64,000 bases of DNA from assembly GCA_032718475.1 (NCBI GenBank), contig JAUCBJ010000375.1:24960-88959 (forward strand). The letters run 5' to 3'. This DNA is from Nemertoderma westbladi (lineage: Eukaryota; Animalia; Xenacoelomorpha). Under the pieces are notes generated by a model that saw nothing but the letters and a program-made list of their open reading frames with translations, was not told where the DNA came from and made no database searches. The position numbers were made by a program, and so were the translations under genes. The number at the start of each line of letters is the position of its first letter. Position 1 is the stretch's first letter. Below are positions 31,414 through 43,500 of this stretch, in pieces.

Positions 31414-32373
31414 GCCCTCCCTTGTAAGGCTCAGCATGTAGACCCATTAAAATAAATTAAGGCCCTCCCTTGTAAGGCTCAGCATGTAGACCCATTAAAA
31501 TAAATTAAGGCCCTCCCTTGTAAGGCTCAGCATGTAGACCCATTAAAATAAATTAAGGCCCTCCCTTGTAAGGCTCAGCATGTAGACCCATTAAAATAAA
31601 TTAAGGCCCTCCCTTGTAAGGCTCAGCATGTAGACCCATTAAAATAAATTAAGGCCCTCCCTTGTAAGGCTCAGCATGTACACCCCTTAAAATAAATTAA
31701 GGCCCTCCCTTGTAAGGCTCAGCAGATACATCCATTAAAATAAATTAAGTCCTGCCCCTGTAAGGCTCAGCACATACACCCATTAAAATAAATTAAGGCC
31801 CTCCCTTGTAAGGCACAGCAGATACACCCATTAAAATAAATTAAGGCCCTCCCTTGTAAGGCTCAGCATGTAGACCCATTAAAATAAATTAAGGCCCTCC
31901 CTTGTAAGGCTCAGCATGTAGACCCATTAAAATAAATTAAGGCCCTCCCTTGTAAGGCTCAGCATGTAGACCCATTAAAATAAATTAAGGCCCTCCCTTG
32001 TAAGGCTCAGCACATACACCCATTAAAATAAATTAAGGCCCTCCCTTGTAAGGCTCAGCATGTAGACCCATTAAAATAAATTAAGGCCCTCCCTTGTAAG
32101 GCTCAGCATGTAGACCCATTAAAATAAATTAAGGCCCTCCCTTGTAAGGCTCAGCATGTAGACCCATTAAAATAAATTAAGTCCTGCCCGTGTAAGGCAC
32201 AGCACATACACCCCTTAAAATAAATTAAGGCCCTCCCTTGTAAGGCTCAGCATGTAGACCCATTAAAATAAATTAAGGCCCTCCCTTGTAAGGCTCAGCA
32301 TGTAGACCCATTAAAATAAATTAAGGCCCTCCCTTGTAAGGCTCAGCATGTAGACCCATTAAAATAAATTAAG
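31414..32373. repeat. Local expansion of the GCATGTAGACCC variant (14 units)
   Basis: The variant is seen only in this interval, in runs of 5, 3, 3 and 3 units. Confidence 0.9.
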
Positions 32374-33437
32374 TCCTGCCCGTGTAAGGCACAGCACATA
32401 CACCCCTTAAAATAAATTAAGGCCCTCCCTTGTAAGGCTCAGCACATTCACACACCCATTAAAATAAATTAAGGCCCTCCCTTGTAAGGCTCAGCAGATA
32501 CATCCATTAAAATAAATTAAGTCCTGCCCCTGTAAGGCTCAGCACATACACCCATTAAAATAAATTAAGTCCTGCCCGTGTAAGGCTCAGCACATACACC
32601 CATTAAAATAAATTAAGGCCCTCCCTTGTAAGGCTCAGCACATACACCCATTAATATAAATTAAGGCCTGCCCGTGTAAGGCTCAGCACATACACCCATT
32701 AAAATAAATTAAGTCCTGCCCGTGTAAGGCTCAGCACATACACCCATTAAAATAAATTAAGGCCCTCCCTTGTAAGGCTCAGCACATACACCCATTAATA
32801 TAAATTAAGGCCTGCCCGTGTAAGGCTCAGCACATACACCCATTAAAATAAATTAAGTCCTGCCCGTGTAAGGCACAGCACATACACCCATTAAAATAAA
32901 TTAAGGCCCTCCCTTGTAAGGCTCAGCACATACACCCATTAATATAAATTAAGGCCCTCCCTTGTAAGGCTCAGCACATACACCCATTAAAATAAATTAA
33001 GGCCCTCCCTTGTAAGGCTCAGCACATACACCCATTAATATAAATTAAGGCCCTCCCTTGTAAGGCTCAGCACATACACCCATTAAAATAAATTAAGGCC
33101 CTCCCTTGTAAGGCACAGCACATACACCCATTAAAATAAATTAAGGCCCTCCCTTGTAAGGCTCAGCACATACACCCATTAATATAAATTAAGGCCCTCC
33201 CTTGTAAGGCTCAGCACATACACCCATTAAAATAAATTAAGGCCCTCCCTTGTAAGGCTCAGCACATACACCCATTAATATAAATTAAGGCCCTCCCTTG
33301 TAAGGCTCAGCACATACACCCATTAAAATAAATTAAGGCCCTCCCTTGTAAGGCTCAGCACATTCACACACCCATTAAAATAAATTAAGTCCTGCCCGTG
33401 TAAGGCTCAGCACATACACCCATTAAAATAAATTAAG

Positions 33438-34517
33438 TCCTGCCCTTGTAAGGCTCAGCACATACACCCATTAAAATAAATTAAGGCCCTCCCTTGTAAG
33501 GCTCAGCACATTCACACACCCATTAAAATAAATTAAGGCCCTCCCTTGTAAGGCTCAGCACATACATACATTAATATAAATTAAGTCCTGCCCGTGTAAG
33601 GCTCAGCAGATACACCCATTAAAATAAATTAAGTCCTGCCCTTGTAAGGCTCAGCACATACACCCATTAAAATAAATTAAGGCCCTCCCTTGTAAGGCTC
33701 AGCACATTCACACACCCATTAAAATAAATTAAGGCCCTCCCTTGTAAGGCTCAGCACATACACCCATTAAAATAAATTAAGTCCTGCCCGTGTAAGGCTC
33801 AGCAGATACACCCATTAAAATAAATTAAGTCCTGCCCTTGTAAGGCTCAGCACATACACCCATTAAAATAAATTAAGGCCCTCCCTTGTAAGGCTCAGCA
33901 CATTCACACACCCATTAAAATAAATTAAGGCCCTCCCTTGTAAGGCTCAGCACATACATACATTAATATAAATTAAGTCCTGCCCGTGTAAGGCTCAGCA
34001 GATACACCCATTAAAATAAATTAAGTCCTGCCCTTGTAAGGCTCAGCACATACACCCATTAAAATAAATTAAGGCCCTCCCTTGTAAGGCTCAGCACATT
34101 CACACACCCATTAAAATAAATTAAGGCCCTCCCTTGTAAGGCTCAGCACATACATACATTAATATAAATTAAGTCCTGCCCGTGTAAGGCTCAGCAGATA
34201 CACCCATTAAAATAAATTAAGTCCTGCCCTTGTAAGGCTCAGCACATACACCCATTAAAATAAATTAAGGCCCTCCCTTGTAAGGCTCAGCACATTCACA
34301 CACCCATTAAAATAAATTAAGGCCCTCCCTTGTAAGGCTCAGCACATACATACATTAATATAAATTAAGTCCTGCCCGTGTAAGGCTCAGCAGATACACC
34401 CATTAAAATAAATTAAGTCCTGCCCTTGTAAGGCTCAGCACATACACCCATTAAAATAAATTAAGGCCCTCCCTTGTAAGGCTCAGCACATTCACACACC
34501 CATTAAAATAAATTAAG
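33438..34517. repeat. 196-bp higher-order repeat (52+48+48+48), about 5.5 copies
   Basis: 52-bp units at 33486, 33682, 33878, 34074, 34270 and 34466 are spaced 196 bp apart with the same three companion units. One copy has a variant second unit. Confidence 0.92.
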
Positions 34518-37500
34518 GCCCTCCCTTGTAAGGCTCAGCACATACACCCATTAAAATAAATTAAGTCCTGCCCATGTAAGGCTCAGCACATTCACACACC
34601 CATTAAAATAAATTAAGGCCCTCCCTTGTAAGGCTCAGCACATACATACATTAATATAAATTAAGTCCTGCCCGTGTAAGGCTCAGCACATACACCCCTT
34701 AAAATAAATTAAGGCCTGCCCGTGTAAGGCTCAGCACATACACCCATTAATATAAATTAAGTCCTGTCCGTGTAAGGCTCAGCACATACACCCATTAAAA
34801 TAAATTAAGTCCTGCCCCTGTAAGGCTCAGCACATACACCCATTAAAATAAATTAAGTCCTGCCCGTGTAAGGCTCAGCACATACACCCATTAAAATAAA
34901 TTAAGTCCTGTCCCTGTAAGGCTCAGCACATACACCCATTAAAATAAATTAAGGCCCTCCCTTGTAAGGCACAGCAGATACACCCATTAAAATAAATTAA
35001 GTCCTGCCCGTGTAAGGCTCAGTACATACACCCATTAAAATAAATTAAGTCCTGCCCGTGTAAGGCTCAGCACATACACCCATTAAAATAAATTAAGGCC
35101 CTCCCTTGTAAGGCACAGCAGATACACCCATTAAAATAAATTAAGTCCTGCCCGTGTAAGGCTCAGCACATACACCCATTAAAATAAATTAAGTCCTGCC
35201 CGTGTAAGGCACAGCACATACACCCATTAAAATAAATTAAGGCCCTCCCTTGTAAGGCTCAGCACATACATCCATTAAAATAAATTAAGGCCTGCCCGTG
35301 TAAGGCTCAGCACATACACCCATTAATATAAATTAAGGCCCTCCCTTGTAAGGCTCAGCAGATACACCCATTAAAATAAATTAAGTCCTGCCCGTGTAAG
35401 GCTCAGCACATACACCCATTAAAATAAATTAAGTCCTGCCCGTGTAAGGCTCAGCACATTCACACACCCATTAAAATAAATTAAGGCCCTCCCTTGTAAG
35501 GCTCAGCACATACACCCATTAATATAAATTAAGTCCTGCCCGTGTAAGGCACAGCACATACACCCATTAAAATAAATTAAGTCCTGCCCGTGTAAGGCAC
35601 AGCACATACACCCATTAAAATAAATTAAGGCCTGCCCTTGTAAGGCTCAGCACATACACCCATTAAAATAAATTAAGGCCCTCCCTTGTAAGGCTCAGCA
35701 CATACACCCATTAAAATAAATTAAGGCCCTCCCTTGTAAGGCTCAGCACATACACCCATTAAAATAAATTAAGGCCCTCCCTTGTAAGGCTCAGCACATA
35801 CACCCATTAATATAAATTAAGTCCTGCCCGTGTAAGGCACAGCACATACACCCATTAAAATAAATTAAGGCCCTCCCTTGTAAGGCTCAGCACATACACC
35901 CATTAATATAAATTAAGTCCTGCCCGTGTAAGGCTCAGCACATACACCCATTAAAATAAATTAAGGCCCTCCCTTGTAAGGCTCAGCACATACACCCATT
36001 AATATAAATTAAGTCCTGCCCGTGTAAGGCACAGCACATACACCCATTAAAATAAATTAAGTCCTGCCCGTGTAAGGCACAGCACATACACCCATTAAAA
36101 TAAATTAAGGCCTGCCCTTGTAAGGCTCAGCACATACACCCATTAAAATAAATTAAGGCCCTCCCTTGTAAGGCTCAGCACATACACCCATTAAAATAAA
36201 TTAAGGCCCTCCCTTGTAAGGCTCAGCACATACACCCATTAAAATAAATTAAGGCCCTCCCTTGTAAGGCTCAGCACATACACCCATTAAAATAAATTAA
36301 GGCCCTCCCTTGTAAGGCTCAGCATGTACACCCATTAAAATAAATTAAGGCCCTCCCTTGTAAGGCTCAGCACATACACCCATTAATATAAATTAAGGCC
36401 CTCCCTTGTAAGGCTCAGCACATACACCCATTAAAATAAATTAAGGCCTGCCCGTGTAAGGCTCAGCACATACACCCATTAAAATAAATTAAGTCCTGCC
36501 CGTGTAAGGCTCAGCAGATACACCCATTAAAATAAATTAAGTCCTGCCCGTGTAAGGCTCAGCACATACACCCATTAAAATAAATTAAGTCCTGCCCGTG
36601 TAAGGCTCAGCAAATACACCCATTAAAATAAATTAAGTCCTACCCGTGTAAGGCACAGCACATACACCCATTAAAATAAATTAAGTCCTGCCCGTGTAAG
36701 GCTCAGCAGATACACCCATTAAAATAAATTAAGTCCTGCCCGTGTAAGGCACAGCACATACACCCATTAAAATAAATTAAGGCCCTCCCTTGTAAGGCTC
36801 AGCACATACACCCATTAATATAAATTAAGGCCCTCCCTTGTAAGGCTCAGCACATACACCCATTAAAATAAATTAAGGCCCTCCCTTGTAAGGCTCAGCA
36901 CATACACCCATTAAAATAAATTAAGGCCCTCCCTTGTAAGGCACAGCACATACACCCATTAAAATAAATTAAGGCCTGCCCGTGTAAGGCTCAGCACATA
37001 CACCCATTAAAATAAATTAAGTCCTGCCCGTGTAAGGCTCAGCACATACACCCATTAAAATAAATTAAGGCCTGCCCATGTAAGGCTCAGCACATACACC
37101 CATTAAAATAAATTAAGGCCCTCCCTTGTAAGGCTCAGCACATACACCCATTAAAATAAATTAAGGCCCTCCCTTGTAAGGCTCAGCACATACACCCATT
37201 AATATAAATTAAGGCCCTCCCTTGTAAGGCTCAGCACATACACCCATTAAAATAAATTAAGGCCCTCCCTTGTAAGGCTCAGCACATACACCCATTAAAA
37301 TAAATTAAGTCCTGCCCGTGTAAGGCTCAGCACATACACCCATTAAAATAAATTAAGGCCCTCCCTTGTAAGGCTCAGCACATACACCCATTAAAATAAA
37401 TTAAGTCCTGCCCGTGTAAGGCACAGCACATACACCCATTAAAATAAATTAAGGCCCTCCCTTGTAAGGCTCAGCACATACACCCATTAAAATAAATTAA

Positions 37501-40500
37501 GGCCCTCCCTTGTAAGGCTCAGCACATACACCCATTAAAATAAATTAAGTCCTGCCCGTGTAAGGCTCAGCACATACACCCATTAAAATAAATTAAGGCC
37601 TGCCCGTGTAAGGCTCAGCACATACACCCATTAAAATAAATTAAGGCCTGCCCGTGTAAGGCTCAGCACATACACCCATTAAAATAAATTAAGGCCCTCC
37701 CTTGTAAGGCTCAGCACATACACCCATTAAAATAAATTAAGGCCCTCCCTTGTAAGGCTCAGCACATACACCCATTAAAATAAATTAAGTCCTGCCCGTG
37801 TAAGGCACAGCACATACACCCATTAAAATAAATTAAGGCCCTCCCTTGTAAGGCTCAGCACATACACCCATTAAAATAAATTAAGGCCCTCCCTTGTAAG
37901 GCTCAGCACATACACCCATTAAAATAAATTAAGTCCTGCCCGTGTAAGGCACAGCACATACACCCATTAAAATAAATTAAGGCCCTCCCTTGTAAGGCTC
38001 AGCACATACACCCATTAAAATAAATTAAGGCCCTCCCTTGTAAGGCTCAGCACATACACCCATTAATATAAATTAAGGCCCTCCCTTGTAAGGCTCAGCA
38101 CATACACCCATTAAAATAAATTAAGGCCTGCCCGTGTAAGGCTCAGCACATACACCCATTAAAATAAATTAAGGCCTGCCCGTGTAAGGCTCAGCACATA
38201 CACCCATTAATATAAATTAAGGCCCTCCCTTGTAAGGCTCAGCACATACACCCATTAAAATAAATTAAGTCCTGCCCATGTAAGGCTCAGCACATACATC
38301 CATTAAAATAAATTAAGTCCTGCCCGTGTAAGGCTCAGCAGATACACCCATTAATATAAATTAAGGCCTGTCCCTGTAAGGCACAGCACATACACCCATT
38401 AATATAAATTAAGTCCTGCCCGTGTAAGGCTCAGCACATACACCCATTAATATAAATTAAGGCCTGTCCCTGTAAGGCACAGCACATACACCCATTAAAA
38501 TAAATTAAGGCCCTCCCTTGTAAGGCTCAGCACATACACCCATTAATATAAATTAAGGCCTGTCCCTGTAAGGCACAGCACATACACCCATTAATATAAA
38601 TTAAGTCCTGCCCGTGTAAGGCTCAGCACATACACCCATTAAAATAAATTAAGTCCTGCCCATGTAAGGCACAGCACATACACCCATTAAAATAAATTAA
38701 GGCCCTCCCTTGTAAGGCTCAGCACATACACCCATTAATATAAATTAAGGCCCTCCCTTGTAAGGCTCAGCACATACACCCATTAAAATAAATTAAGGCC
38801 TGCCCGTGTAAGGCACAGCACATACACCCATTAAAATAAATTAAGGCCCTCCCTTGTAAGGCTCAGCACATACACCCATTAAAATAAATTAAGGCCTGCC
38901 CGTGTAAGGCTCAGCACATACACCCATTAAAATAAATTAAGTCCTGCCCGTGTAAGGCACAGCACATACACCCATTAAAATAAATTAAGGCCCTCCCTTG
39001 TAAGGCTCAGCACATACACCCATTAAAATAAATTAAGTCCTGCCCGTGTAAGGCACAGCACATACACCCATTAAAATAAATTAAGGCCCTCCCTTGTAAG
39101 GCTCAGCACATACACCCATTAAAATAAATTAAGTCCTGCCCGTGTAAGGCACAGCACATACACCCATTAAAATAAATTAAGGCCCTCCCTTGTAAGGCTC
39201 AGCACATACACCCATTAAAATAAATTAAGGCCCTCCCTTGTAAGGCTCAGCACATACACCCATTAAAATAAATTAAGTCCTGCCCGTGTAAGGCACAGCA
39301 CATACACCCATTAAAATAAATTAAGGCCCTCCCTTGTAAGGCTCAGCACATACACCCATTAAAATAAATTAAGGCCTGCCCGTGTAAGGCACAGCACATA
39401 CACCCATTAAAATAAATTAAGGCCCTCCCTTGTAAGGCTCAGCACATACACCCATTAAAATAAATTAAGGCCTGCCCGTGTAAGGCTCAGCACATACACC
39501 CATTAAAATAAATTAAGTCCTGCCCGTGTAAGGCACAGCACATACACCCATTAAAATAAATTAAGGCCCTCCCTTGTAAGGCTCAGCACATACACCCATT
39601 AAAATAAATTAAGTCCTGCCCGTGTAAGGCACAGCACATACACCCATTAAAATAAATTAAGGCCCTCCCTTGTAAGGCTCAGCACATACACCCATTAAAA
39701 TAAATTAAGTCCTGCCCGTGTAAGGCACAGCACATACACCCATTAAAATAAATTAAGGCCCTCCCTTGTAAGGCTCAGCACATACACCCATTAAAATAAA
39801 TTAAGGCCTGCCCGTGTAAGGCTCAGCACATACACCCATTAAAATAAATTAAGTCCTGCCCGTGTAAGGCACAGCACATACACCCATTAAAATAAATTAA
39901 GGCCCTCCCTTGTAAGGCTCAGCACATACACCCATTAAAATAAATTAAGTCCTGCCCGTGTAAGGCTCAGCAGACACACCCATTAAAATAAATTAAGTCC
40001 TGCCCGTGTAAGGCTCAGCAGATACACCCATTAAAATAAATTAAGTCCTGCCCCTGTAAGGCTCAGCACATACACCCATTAAAATAAATTAAGTCCTGCC
40101 CCTGTAAGGCTCAGCACATACACCCATTAAAATAAATTAAGTCCTGCCCATGTAAGGCTCAGCACATACACCCATTAAAATAAATTAAGTCCTGCCCGTG
40201 TAAGGCTCAGCACATACACCCATTAAAATAAATTAAGTCCTGCCCATGTAAGGCTCAGCACATACACCCATTAAAATAAATTAAGTCCTGCCCATGTAAG
40301 GCACAGCACATACACCCATTAATATAAATTAAGGCCTGCCCGTGTAAGGCTCAGCACATACACCCATTAAAATAAATTAAGTCCTGCCCGTGTAAGGCTC
40401 AGCACATACATCCATTAAAATAAATTAAGTCCTGCCCTTGTAAGGCTCAGCACATACATCCATTAAAATAAATTAAGGCCCTCCCTTGTAAGGCTCAGCA

Positions 40501-43500
40501 CATACACCCATTAAAATAAATTAAGGCCCTCCCTTGTAAGGCTCAGCACATACATCCATTAAAATAAATTAAGTCCTGCCCTTGTAAGGCTCAGCACATA
40601 CATCCATTAAAATAAATTAAGGCCCTCCCTTGTAAGGCTCAGCACATACACCCATTAAAATAAATTAAGTCCTGCCCGTGTAAGGCTCAGCACATACACC
40701 CATTAAAATAAATTAAGGCCCTCCCTTGTAAGGCTCAGCACATACACCCATTAAAATAAATTAAGGCCTGCCCGTGTAAGGCACAGCACATACACCCATT
40801 AAAATAAATTAAGGCCCTCCCTTGTAAGGCTCAGCACATACACCCATTAAAATAAATTAAGGCCTGCCCGTGTAAGGCTCAGCACATACACCCATTAAAA
40901 TAAATTAAGTCCTGCCCGTGTAAGGCACAGCACATACACCCATTAAAATAAATTAAGGCCCTCCCTTGTAAGGCTCAGCACATACACCCATTAAAATAAA
41001 TTAAGGCCTGCCCGTGTAAGGCACAGCACATACACCCATTAAAATAAATTAAGGCCCTCCCTTGTAAGGCTCAGCACATACACCCATTAAAATAAATTAA
41101 GGCCTGCCCGTGTAAGGCTCAGCACATACATACATTAAAATAAATTAAGGCCTGCCCGTGTAAGGCACAGCACATACACCCATTAAAATAAATTAAGTCC
41201 TGCCCATGTAAGGCACAGCACATACACCCATTAAAATAAATTAAGTCCTGCCCGTGTAAGGCACAGCACATACACCCATTAAAATAAATTAAGGCCCTCC
41301 CTTGTAAGGCACAGCACATACACCCATTAAAATAAATTAAGTCCTGCCCGTGTAAGGCACAGCACATACACCCATTAAAATAAATTAAGGCCCTCCCTTG
41401 TAAGGCTCAGCACATACACCCATTAAAATAAATTAAGTCCTGCCCGTGTAAGGCTCAGCACATACATCCATTAAAATAAATTAAGTCCTGCCCCTGTAAG
41501 GCACAGCACATACACCCATTAAAATAAATTAAGTCCTGCCCGTGTAAGGCTCAGCAGATACACCCATTAAAATAAATTAAGGCCCTCCCTTGTAAGGCTC
41601 AGCAGATACACCCATTAATATAAATTAAGTCCTGCCCGTGTAAGGCTCAGCAGATACACCCATTAAAATAAATTAAGTCCTACCCGGGTAAGGCTCAGCA
41701 CATACACCCATTAATATAAATTAAGGCCCTCCCTTGTAAGGCTCAGCAGATACACCCATTAAAATAAATTAAGTCCTGCCCCTGTAAGGCACAGCACATA
41801 CACCCATTAAAATAAATTAAGGCCTGCCCGTGTAAGGCACAGCACATACACCCATTAAAATAAATTAAGGCCCTCCCTTGTAAGGCTCAGCACATACACC
41901 CATTAATATAAATTAAGGCCCTCCCTTGTAAGGCTCAGCACATACACCCATTAAAATAAATTAAGTCCTGCCCGTGTAAGGCACAGCACATTCATCCATT
42001 AAAAGAAATTAAGGCCTGCCCATGTAAGGCTCAGCACATACACCCATTAATATAAATTAAGGCCCTCCCTTGTAAGGCTCAGCACATACACCCATTAAAA
42101 TAAATTAAGTCCTGCCCGTGTAAGGCACAGCACATTCATCCATTAAAAGAAATTAAGGCCCTCCCTTGTAAGGCTCAGCACATACACCCATTAATATAAA
42201 TTAAGGCCCTCCCTTGTAAGGCTCAGCACATACACCCATTAAAATAAATTAAGTCCTGCCCGTGTAAGGCACAGCACATTCATCCATTAAAAGAAATTAA
42301 GGCCTGCCCATGTAAGGCACAGCACATACACCCATTAAAATAAATTAAGGCCCTCCCTTGTAAGGCTCAGCACATACACCCATTAATATAAATTAAGGCC
42401 CTCCCTTGTAAGGCTCAGCACATACACCCATTAAAATAAATTAAGTCCTGCCCGTGTAAGGCACAGCACATTCATCCATTAAAAGAAATTAAGGCCTGCC
42501 CATGTAAGGCACAGCACATACACCCATTAAAATAAATTAAGGCCCTCCCTTGTAAGGCTTAGCACATACACCCATTAATATAAATTAAGGCCCTCCCTTG
42601 TAAGGCTCAGCACATACACCCATTAAAATAAATTAAGTCCTGCCCTTGTAAGGCTCAGCACATACACCCATTAATATAAATTAAGGCCCTCCCTTGTAAG
42701 GCTCAGCAGATACACCCATTAAAATAAATTAAGTCCTGCCCCTGTAAGGCACAGCACATACACCCATTAAAATAAATTAAGGCCTGCCCGTGTAAGGCAC
42801 AGCACATACACCCATTAAAATAAATTAAGGCCCTCCCTTGTAAGGCTCAGCACATACACCCATTAATATAAATTAAGGCCCTCCCTTGTAAGGCTCAGCA
42901 CATACACCCATTAAAATAAATTAAGTCCTGCCCGTGTAAGGCACAGCACATTCATCCATTAAAAGAAATTAAGGCCTGCCCATGTAAGGCTCAGCACATA
43001 CACCCATTAAAATAAATTAAGGCCCTCCCTTGTAAGGCTCAGCACATACACCCATTAATATAAATTAAGGCCCTCCCTTGTAAGGCTCAGCACATACACC
43101 CATTAATATAAATTAAGGCCCTCCCTTGTAAGGCTCAGCACATACACCCATTAAAATAAATTAAGGCCTGCCCGTGTAAGGCTCAGCACATACACCCATT
43201 AAAATAAATTAAGTCCTGTCCGTGTAAGGCTCAGCAGATACACCCATTAATATAAATTAAGGCCTGCCCGTGTAAGGCTCAGCACATACATCCATTAAAA
43301 TAAATTAAGGCCCTCCCTTGTAAGGCTCAGCACATACACCCATTAAAATAAATTAAGTCCTGCCCGTGTAAGGCACAGCACATACATCCATTAAAATAAA
43401 TTAAGTCCTGCCCGTGTAAGGCACAGCACATACATCCATTAAAATAAATTAAGTCCTGTCCGTGTAAGGCTCAGCAGATACACCCATTAATATAAATTAA

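Noticed and set aside
145-41725. TAG replacing CAG (Gln) in TCCTACCC units as evidence of a ciliate-type UAR=Gln code
   Set aside because: It is a simple C>T transition amplified with the repeat. It would need UAG and UGA reassigned together, and the same region contains many frameshifting units.
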